A DNA stretch of 41,479 bases from Klebsormidium nitens (lineage: Eukaryota > Plantae > Klebsormidiophyceae), in assembly GCA_000708835.1 (NCBI GenBank), contig DF237664.1, forward strand, positions 1 to 41,479. The letters run 5' to 3'. Below are positions 12,101 through 22,143 of the stretch, in pieces; position 1 is the first letter of the stretch; every line of letters starts with the position of its first letter. Made by a program: the position numbers and the translations under genes. The notes below the pieces were generated by a model. The model did no database searches. It was not told the origin of the DNA and saw nothing but the letters and a program-made list of their open reading frames with translations.

Positions 12101-15100
12101 TTGGTCGCCCTCATTTTTGTGCTCATGCTAGTTTTTCCCCCCAGGTCGACTTCTCTTTCTCGGCCAAGTGGTACACGAGCGATACTTATCATCTTTTTGT
12201 GCTGAGCAAAGCCATAGTTCCTTCACGTTTTCCGTTGACCCGCCTCTCTGCCCGTCCACAAAATGGATTACAAGTCCTCATATAACATACTCGGGTCACA
12301 AATCGCCCCCTCCGAATCGTCCCCTCATGCTAGTTCCTCCCCCCAGGTCGACTTCTCGTTCTCCGCCAAGTGGTACACGAGCGAGACGCCGTTCAAGCGG
12401 CGCATGGACAAGTACCTGCGCTACTCGTTCCTGCCGCAGCACCTGGACATCCACTGGTTCTCCATCGTCAACAGCTGCGTCACCGTGCTGCTGCTCACGG
12501 GCTTCCTGGCCACCATCCTCATGCGCGTGCTCAAGAACGACTTCACCAAGTGAGCGCGTCTCTTTGGCAAGCGGGCCCTGTGACGCTTCCATGTGGGTCC
12601 ATTGGCTTTTATTCGTTTCTTTTGTCCAGGTTGATGAGATCAGCGAAGCGATATTGAGGAATGGACTATTCCAGGATCAGCAACGGAAAATGAACAATGT
12701 TGCTGTGTACAAGGTGAAGCTCCTCTTTCATTCAGAAGACAGACCGTTGGTCTGCAACCCGCTTATACCGACGGCTGAAGCTGGGCAATATGGAGCACCC
12801 GACTGTTGCCCCGATTGGCTGATAGCTGCGCCCCTCAAGCGCCAAGTTTCGCTGTGGCAGATTGTCGAACGACAGCCGAACCTTACGTGCGTGCAACCAG
12901 TGCAACCAGTGCAACTCTTAAGATGACGTCCGCTGACGAGAGAGAATGCTGGTTGACTTGTCTCTCTGCTTGACAACAGGTATGCTCAGGAGGAGGCTGC
13001 GGCTGGCGAGCAGGACGAGGTTGGCTGGAAGTACATTCACGCGGACGTCTTCCGCTTCCCTCCCTATCCAAGGTCAGACTTGTACCGGTTGCTTGGGTCA
13101 CGTGCCTCAGGACTGCACCTGCTTCTATGGGTACGTTGGGGCCTGTGAGCTTTTGAATGTTGGGCCGACGCGTTCTCCGGATGTCAATTTTGAAGGGCGC
13201 TTGGAAAGAGACACTTCGCTTCCGTTGCTAAGGTGGGGCATCCGTAGCTCTGTAGCAAAGCCGCCCTGGTTTATGCACCGCGCTCCTGGTTTCCATTAAG
13301 GGCATAGACCCTATCGTGCTTCTACCTTCGTTGTTTAATTGTGAACTAGGAAAAAGGCCATACACTTGTACGAGAGGCGGACTCTTGAGTACTGCACCGA
13401 GATGAAAGCGAGTAGATAAGAAGAAGATTCAGCGTGCCATGCCCCTGATTACCCGGAGATCGCTGACGCACCGTTCTCTGCCGCAGCCTGTTTTGCGCCA
13501 TCATCGGCGCGGGCACCCAGCTGTTGGCGCTCGTGTTTTGCATCTTCATGCTGGCCCTCGTGGGCGTGTTCTACCCGTACAATCGGGGGGGGCTGTACAC
13601 CGCGAGCATCCTGCTCTACGCGCTGACCGCGGGGATCAGCGGGTACGTCTCGGCGGGCTTCTACAAGCAGATGGGGGGGACCAAATGGGTAAGGCTCCTC
13701 CTTCATCTGGTGCGTGGATGTTCGCTTCGAGCTTAAAGTTATCGAGATCCTGTGTGCCTGGCACCCCTTCTGCTGAGCCTACGGCTTTTGTTGATACAAT
13801 TTATGGTTCTGACTTCTGACAAGCCACCAGCGTGTTCTTGAGTTGCGCGAAACGCTGTGCTCGGACGCAGGAAGGGTATCCACTCTGAAACTTGGGTTGT
13901 TACCCGTTCACTTTGTTAGTACCCTACGCTTTTTAGGCTCCACTCTCGGTCCATTCTCGCGAAAACGCCTCTCCTTCTATAGACCGTTGCTTCTAGCGGC
14001 GTTTGCGAGTACCGTATCCTTATTTCGTCTTGCAACACTTGGCAGCATCGATTCTGACCAGACTTTCGATTGACGTACCGACTGATCGTTGTGTCGACCT
14101 TAAGTTACATGGCCGCCATTTCTTCTACTTAAAGTGTCAAACATCGGGGAAGAATGCGCAAAACCCCTCACAGTAGTGCTTTCAAAGTCGATCAAGTAAA
14201 TCGTCATTCTCGAAAGCCTTACTCTCTAACCCTAAACCCTAAACCTTAAACCCTAAACCCCGTCCCGTTTCCTTAACCCCAGGCCCAGAACCTGCTGATG
14301 GCCGGCGCCCTCTTCACGCTGCCGCTCTTCCTCACCTTCTGCTTCAACAACAGCGTTGCGTGGGCAAACCAAACGACCGCTGCGCTGCCTTTCGGGACCA
14401 TCGTAATCATCCTGCTCATCTGGGGCGTCATTACCGCCTTCACGGTGAGCCTTTCGTCGTCAGTTTTCGGCATTTTGTAATGGCAGGCAGAAGTAGGTGA
14501 CGGCATCCTGTAGCTTCTCTGCCCTTTCTGGTTTGGCAAACGTGGGGTCGCTTGCCTCGTTTGTGAGCCCCAAAGGTAGACTTTGCTCCTTGGCTCCTTC
14601 TTCTCGTCAAAGAAACCTCAAACCCAGTTGCCCAGTGATCTGTAAGCTTTCGATCAAGCTGGAATCCCACACGTAAGATCTACGAGCTCCGCACCTGCAC
14701 TCACCATAAGCCCCCTAACCAATTCCACCCGTCCCGGTTTTGCCTTTCTCACTGCTCATTGCATCGTTCCCCCTCTAGTTGTTGGCGCTCTAATCAGGGA
14801 CCTTCCGGTTTCCAGCCGACACGACAAACAAAGAAAGTCGAACAAACGTCCTCACTCCCCCTTTTCTCTCACCCAGGTCGTGGGCGGCATCGCGGGCAAG
14901 AACTACTCTTCCGCCGACTTCGACGCGCCGTGCCACACGAGCAAGCTCCCGCGGGAGATCCCCGCCCTGCCGTGGTACCGCCACGTCGTCCCGCAGACCA
15001 TCATGGCTGGCTTCCTCCCGTTCAGCGCAATCTACATCGAGCTGTACTACATCTTCGCGAGCGTGTGGGGCCACAAGATCTACACCATCTACAGCATCCT

Positions 15101-15722
15101 GTTCATCGTGTTCTGCATCCTGATCATCGTGACGGCATTTATTACGATCGGGCTGACGTACTTCCAGCTCACGGCGGAGGACCACGGCTGGTGGTGGAGG
15201 TGGGGCTCCGGAACTGGTCCCGCTCTGGTTGCTTGGCTCCATCTAGAGTTGTGTTTGGAGTTGCCTGTTATATCCCTTCTACAGTTTTATCTTCCTGTCG
15301 AATTGCGTGGTGCTCTTTGACTCTTGGTGCCATTCGGTTGCTTGCCTTGATGATTAATATCTCACTTCCCCCATCCCTTACAATGTTTGGCTGAGGACCC
15401 TCTGGGTGTTAGAGGATCATTGCCTCTAATGAAGTGACGCAACGACGCATACTGAAATAAAGAGTGGGCGATATGCGAAACCGTTTGTTTTCATTCTTAC
15501 AGATCCCTCTTCTGTGGTGGCTCGGCGGCCTTCTTCATTTATGCATACTGCTTCTACTACTACTATGGCCACTCGGACATGACTGGGTTCATGCAGACTT
15601 CCTTCTACTTCGGGTATATGTCCATTATTTGTTACGGGTCGTTCTTACTGCTTGGAGCCGTGGGTTTCAGGGCAGCGCTACTGTTTGTACGGCACATCTA
15701 TAAGGCAATTAAGTGCGAGTAG
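9175..15722 (+). CDS. TM9SF: Transmembrane 9 superfamily (TM9SF / EMP70 / nonaspanin) protein, 10 exons, ~600 aa
   Basis: Exons 9175-9325, 9550-9580, 10069-10294, 10867-11058, 12347-12549, 12980-13072, 13487-13688, 14283-14444, 14877-15199 and 15503-15722 join in frame (1803 nt). Motifs: signal peptide, [75 protein letters not shown], and C-terminal IKCE (KXD/E Golgi-retention motif). Confidence 0.96.
11640..12385 (+). repeat. Tandem array of ~200-230 nt units (intron 3' end, acceptor and first ~35 nt of the TM9SF exon), 4 copies
   Basis: ctcatgctagttcctccccc(a/t)g|gtcgacttctc(g/t)ttctcggccaagtggtac has exon-like starts at 11707, 11936, 12145 and 12347 (true). The intronic part gctgagcaaagccat(a/g)gttccttcacg...gacccg also repeats at about 11762, 11991 and 12201. 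Confidence 0.92.
14226..14260 (+). repeat. Interstitial plant-type telomeric repeat (CCCTAAA)n / telo-box cluster in a TM9SF intron
   Basis: ctaac cctaaac cctaaac cttaaac cctaaac cc, ending 22 nt before the acceptor AG at 14281-14282. Confidence 0.85.
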
Positions 15723-16635
15723 CGAGTAGCTACATAGTATAACAATGTTGCATTGGATCAAGTGTTTGAGTGTGCTCACACTGCACCTGCCTCCGCCTTG
15801 CCTACATGAACTGGTGGGCACATGTGACGAGGTAGAGACTCGTTTCGTCAAGGGTGGAGGTCTTACTCTGAGTTATGCAGAGGACATTTCGCCAGGTGTG
15901 CACAAAACTGAATGCAGTGTTGAATTTGTCACGATATAGGCTGTCAGGATTCGGTGTAGGCGAAATCAACCTGAAACGATCTGACATCTGTCGCATATAA
16001 CATGAAGCATGTCATTCGAGTCCCTTCACAAGGTCAAGCTCCAGTTCTCCTATAGTTGGCACGCCGGCGACATGCGCTTAATACTCTTGTACTTGATTAT
16101 CCTAGCCGCCATATCATAACGCATGTGAAATCAGGCCAATGCATGAAAATGCCATATGCATGCACATGATCATTTGAGACTGACATATTTTGAACTACAC
16201 ATGATCGACCGTCTCATCAAGTATAGCTTAATTATGCAGCTGCGCGCACATGATGAATCATTATGATGCGCACACGGGCGGCCCGCGAACTGTATATATA
16301 AAGTCATGGCTCAGCTAAATCGAGCGCCGGGGGCCTGACTTTTTCACTGCACAGCAATTGCAAGATCGTCGCGCCAGCCTGAGAGAATCCATGCATGCAG
16401 TATTTGCGCCCATGTGTCACGTCCTTGAAAGTTCTTCAGACACCGCATATGCATCTAGGAGCCTCGATATGGATCGGACGTAAGGTATGTCATCGATATT
16501 TCATGGCGACTCAAATTGCGGCTATTGAGTGACCCGTTTTTAGTATGCACGTACAAGTAGCTCTGTATGGACGGTCATGATCAGGTAACACGATGCCTAC
16601 CGTTCCACAGTTTGATGAACTTGGCCGTTGAACAT

Positions 16636-19600
16636 CTACAGATTCAGCTCTTGTTTCAGAGCCTCCAAGAAAGCACGGGTATCTTCTGGCGATCCTACGC
16701 TCGCTCGAAGGTAATTGTCCCATACCTCAAGAGAGCTTCGACAGGCGCCAATCAGGATCCCCTTCTTTGCCAACGCCTGCAGAGTCATGCAACCGTCAGC
16801 AACGCACAGGATGCAGACTCGATTGACATGAGCGAGCGAAGAGATGCATCTCATCGCTTCCAAAAGTTCACAATCAGCATTTGATGGTTATGCCAAGCCT
16901 GCGTGACAGGATGAAGGTACCCACGAAAGTGAAGTGCTAACGAGCGACGAAAAGCTTATTTAGAAACTCACAGCTATAACGGTTGTCGCTAATCTGTCCA
17001 CCCTGAATGCCACGAAGTTGGCTTCGGTCGGAAGAACATGCAGCCCTAGCGAGCTGCACAGAATGGACACAGACATGATGGAACGCATCAGCCCGTGCAG
17101 CCTACCGGATGTGGAGACATTCCTCCGACATTGCAGCAGCACCAAAGAGGCGCCCTATGTGCAAAGCGAGGATCCCACTGACAATCTGGTGAACTGCACA
17201 CGTGCTGACACGTACGGAAGTCGAAAACGGCTTGTGTAAACAAAGAGAAGCCTAACGACGCAGGTCTCTGATCTGGGTCAGTACTGATGGTCAAGGGGCG
17301 TTTGGAATCGGCCGCTGACCTCGTCTCCACATCTAATTACGATTGACACCAAACGCCTTTTGAAAAAGAAAGGAACGTTCCAACAATGCAACTGGTTCGT
17401 ACGTGCCAGAACTCCTGGCGTGCAATTCATCAGCTGGAACAATCAGTGGGTTTGGACAACGAACCGAAAGCTATCACTGATGAAGAGGCAGCTGGGCACT
17501 ATATCGGGGTGTGCGATCTGGAAAGTGATGACCTAAGCAAGGGGAAGAAGTCATTTCAAGGCTACGCTCAAGACGCAGAAGAACCCGGCCAAACAAAGTA
17601 GGCTAACCGTAAGCTATCGGCGAGCGCCTCCCGGTGCTTGACCGTTTCTTGGACGAGCCAGTCGCTGTACGGCTGGTCCGAAAGCGCGGCTTCTGCCGCC
17701 ACCTGTACGAGAACGGTCGGGTTTAGAACTGGTTCAGGTTATGACCCATAATGAGTGCAATCAATTTCGTGCGCCTCCTCGCATTACATGTCGATAAGTG
17801 AATATGATGTCAATGTTGACAATGAAGGTCATAATGGTGAAATATATTGACATAACCGAAGGATTGGCAGGAAAGTATAGAGGATGTCGGCACAGTCATC
17901 GTCCAGACAGAGTGGAAACGAGTACACAGCTTTCCATTTGAACTCCTTACCAGATCAAAAGAAGTGCACCTAAAGCAAGCCGAAAGCAGACAATATAAGG
18001 GACAAGAGGCGTCGGTAGGAGGATGAAAGGTACATCGGAGGAGACAGAGAAATTGCAAAGAGCCGGCCCTCGAAACTCACCTGGCTGAGCAGCCCCACGG
18101 GAAAGATGGGCGTGACTTTCCGGAATGACTCCGCCAGGGCTTGCGAGCTGCACAGGACGTACCCCACGCGCATGCCCGCGATCCCGTACGCTTTCGAGAG
18201 CGTGCGCAGCACGATCCAGGGCCCTATAAGAAGAGTTTACGAATCACTTGAAAATTCACGAGTAATGAGCTGTATGATGTATGAGGTCATTTACCGAGCC
18301 AAAACAAATCAAAGACCTGATTGAATACTAATGCGCTCCGCCTCCGAACCCACCCTTACCCCCACTCTAATCCCACCCAGTCCCCGGAGGTGACGTCATG
18401 ATTCATACGCTACAAATCCTCTGGCATCGAACGTTCTCAATTCACATGACGGCCGTAGGCTTGGCTGATCGCAGCATTTGCATTGAAGAGCGCGGACAGA
18501 GCTCACTTGGATGCTCTCAGTCGCTTGCGTCGAAATTCCCGTCATCATTTTGAGAATCATGAGGATGAGCTGACATCGTTTTAACAGTCTGGCGTCCAGT
18601 GCGATCTTAACGAACCAGTCGTGGTCACACCGTCGGGTTTGAGTGTTCCTCGTAGGAGCCCTTGAGAGGCGAAACTTAAGCGAAACGCCGTAAGGTTCTC
18701 CAGTCTATGCTGACTCCATCTTCGGCGCCTGAGCTGGGCAGGTCAGCGAATACAGCCGACAGAGTTGTTGTCGGACTAGTGTATCACTTCCACCCCAAAA
18801 ACAGCTATCATTGTGTGAGATCTTCGCCCCGATTGAGTAGAGCGGGGGCCACCAGCGAATATCCTTTCGACGCAATTCTATTCCAGATCGAAGACCCGCT
18901 TCTCAGATCTCAACTGATGCCCCAGCCAATAGCCCAAATGTTTTTGGCCCGCCAAGAAACCCTCAATCCGAAGCCGCCGGAATTTGACTTGGCGGTCTCA
19001 CCTCGTCTGTGCTTTCGAAGGATTTCTAAATTGTCGGGCCCGCCCGAGTGCTTGGCGAATTCGCAGTACGCCTAGTTGAAACGAGGATAACGTCAGCCAC
19101 TTTGTTCCAAGTTTCTTCGTAATGAGGAACCTTCTCTGATCGAGTAGAATCTATCCAGTGTAGTAACCTCCAATCACGGACGGCGAAGCAGGTCGACACG
19201 TGCACAGACTACTTTCGCGCTCAAACAAGGAAATGGACACTACGGCGACTTCTCACAAAGAAAGCCTTGTGGGAGATATTCAGGAGCGGCCTCTCACATC
19301 GTCCAACACCAGGAGGACGGAGTCGGGCAAGCGTTCCGCCAGGAGTCGAACCTCGGGCTCCTGAAGTATCGCTCCCTGAGAAGAAAGCGACAGTGAACTT
19401 TTATCGTAAGTAGCCTGGGCCGCAAGCGAGTGTTTCCTACGAGTGGGAGTCAGTAAGACATGGAAAGTTGACAGCGTACAAAGTTTGCAGGGGCAAATGA
19501 TGTCGTTCACATTCCGCATTGGACGGGCCAGAATCCACCCCGGTATGGCCGAGGCAAACGCTTCAAGTAACCAAGGGAAACGTTGCCTGCAGTTTGGCTA

Positions 19601-21199
19601 CTCGATATTTGACTGCAATTCATTGAGAAGGATGAACTGAGCAGAACGAACTCACTGTTGGATTATTTGGAGACGAGACAAAGACTGCAGTCGTGGAGTC
19701 AGTGACGGCATCAATCATGGCCTCCACTGAGTTGGCGCCGTCCTCACGCAGAGGAATCAACAGGGTCTGCGAGCCACTGTGACATCACTGTCAGGCTGCG
19801 TGGCTTGATTTGTGGGACAGAGGGGCTCTACGCACTTTGTATACACGCTTTTGAAGGCAGTCTGTCATTGACACTTCCCTAGCAAACTTATCGTGTCTCC
19901 AGCAATATGAGTGAGTCCCATACGCTGTCAGTATCTTCACAACAGCGGCGCAGCGTCTAGCATCTGCGGTCTTCATGATCCACAGAACTAGGCAAGGCAC
20001 AGTTCCGTAAGTGGCAAGCGCCTGAGGAGGCGACGCCAAGCGAAAAAGTCTTTCAAAATTGGCAACCGATTCTCACCTCTGCTCCTGCAGTCTCTGCAGC
20101 CCTTAGATAGCTGGGGAATGATGGCTCGGGGAGGACAACCGACCGGCCTTCTCCCAGGAACAGCTCCCCAATGATCTGCACAATAACGTGGACTCTAGTC
20201 TCTGCGAGCTTCTGCTACTTCTAAGCTCAAAACCCGGAAAAGTTGCTTTTGCTTTCTCCACGCTCTAAACGATCCCCATCAAGTTCCTCTCCGCCAAGTT
20301 CCTCTTAAGGAAATCTCTTGTTGGGACCTTGGTTATGCTTTTGACACATACTGAGGTTTGTTGCTTCCTTTTGAGTGTTTCAGAACTTACCGATATGCCC
20401 TGGTCAGAGCCATTTGTGACAACAATCTGTCCCACAGGGAAGCTGAGCCGTTCGGCCAAAACCTTCGTGATGCCCCTGGCCTTTGGGTCTGGATAGCGGT
20501 TGACTGTACTGCAGGCCTTCTGAATCGCCTCCACTACCTTGCATACGGAGAAGAGGCAGAATGTTGTTCAACTTACACAGAATCTCAGTAGAAAAGAGAT
20601 GCCAGTTTAGCGGAAAGGACACAGGCAGATGATGCTGCAGAGCATGAAGCACACCGACTTCGAACATGCAAAAGACACACTAAGAAGGAATGCAAGAGCT
20701 ACACAAAGGGCCTGTTTAGACACTAGAACCAGAGGCAAAAGATCATCTTTTAAGGAACTGGACAATCAGAGCTTCTCTCAACTTGTATTGAAACAGCCTC
20801 TTGCCAGTGCTTCTGTGTTGTTGATCAAGTCTCACCTTAGGAGAGGGAGGAAGGAAGCTTTCGTTTAGGTGCAGGCGTCGAATGGGGCCATCAAAGGCTC
20901 CACCCTGAAGGTCCTGATCAGCAGGTGGATAGTGGACGTCCGGAATTGCCGCCTGGTAAGTGCAGGAAAAAGCGCAAAAAGGATGGCTTTGAAAGGTTCA
21001 CCATACGTTCATCATACCACCTTTCAGAGAATTGCTTGAACTATGGTGACAAAGCTGCAGACCAGAACGACATGAGCCATTTGAGTGATGCACTGGACCA
21101 GGTCCTTTCTCAGGACTCATTGCATATGCAGGCAATCGAAGCAAGGGCAAATGTTAAGCGTGATTATTTACTACTTACGGGTCCAGCGTTGACGAACAT
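16636..21199 (-). CDS. HisC-family (class I/II, subfamily I-beta) PLP-dependent aminotransferase, 11 exons, ~367 aa
   Basis: Exons 21199-21179, 20952-20836, 20537-20391, 20175-20077, 19766-19656, 19375-19298, 19071-19002, 18223-18081, 17702-17608, 17053-16972 and 16776-16636 join in frame (1104 nt). Motifs: LHLNESFLPPSPK, NRYPDP, TNGSDQ, EPSFPSY, SPNNPTG, VLDDAYCEF, LRTLSKAYGIAGMRVGY (PLP lysine), PTEANFV, GILI, LRASVGSPED. The 7-codon first exon is the least certain part. Confidence 0.9.
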
Positions 21200-22143
21200 G
21201 GTGAAAGCCTTGGCAGCTAAACAATGCTCCGCTTCTTCGCCCTTTCACCTCTATTAAGCGGAACCAAAAAGTTTCTCATGAAAGATGTTTTCTGTAAGCT
21301 TATAATACTACTACTTGTAGTACTAGTACACTCTTGACCCAGTCTTGATACGTTCGATCGCGGCAGCTGCTCAATTTCGCTTCCAGTGGTGCACCACCAG
21401 GAGCACTTAAGAAAATGGGGAAATTTTGCCACCACTTCAAAAAGCACCAGCAGATTGTACAATTGTCAATAACCTATGCGTCCGCCAATTTTTTCCCTTC
21501 CAAAAAGCGATTTCAAGACGACGTCCAGCGGTGTACCTCTTCACCACTGCTGACGGAATGGGCGTCTCCTCTCAAACTTAAAGGAATTGCGCCCATTCAT
21601 GTGCGGACCTTTAAGTTCAACCTTGGTCAAAATTCAAATTGAAAACGGCCTCTGCCTGAGCAGGCTCCTGCCTTGGCACTGGCAGCTCAAGTCAACTGTC
21701 TGCGAATAAGGCGGCTTGGAACTTCAAAGTAGTCTGCGCAGCTTTTAGTCCACGTCAGTAAGTTGTGCTCATTCTAGCCTAGGGATGTCCGGAATCAGAA
21801 GTCCTTAAAAGGTTTATAAGCACGTCAACCTAGTTCCAGCCTGGAGGAAGCCTCAAAATTTTGCTAGTGCGGTTTGGGGCGGCCGACATATTTAATTATC
21901 AACAGTGCCTGCAGCCAGGACGCCATTGCTCCTGCGCTGAGCTCCTTGCGCAAAGGTTGATTTCAGATTCACCAACTTCTGATCGGCTTTTGATCCAGCA
22001 TTTACGCACCTGATTTTGTAGTCCAGCTGCTGGCATGCATAGGTGATTCGCACTGTCATCCAAGGGGTGTGGCTTTGAGGGAGAAGCTCCAAGTCCGATA
22101 CACGCAATCGGAGCTAATAGCTGGGGTCTAGGGTCAAGTCAAG
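21200..22143. promoter_or_regulatory. Short head-to-head intergenic region (HisC-like / PDHB), candidate bidirectional promoter
   Basis: The divergent ATGs at 21199 (-, inferred) and 22144 (+) are separated by 944 nt. Confidence 0.35.

Noticed and set aside
11640-12385. Introner, MITE or other transposon as the repeat unit
   Set aside because: There are no terminal inverted repeats or target-site duplications, and units from different genes share no sequence.
12890-12916. gtgcaacca x3 tandem 9-mer in a TM9SF intron
   Set aside because: An ordinary short minisatellite with no link to exon sequence.
19791-20039. Minus-strand ORF ALATYGTVPCLVLW as an aminotransferase exon
   Set aside because: Exons 20175-20077 and 19766-19656 already join in frame into a continuous HisC-like sequence, and this ORF matches no family motif.
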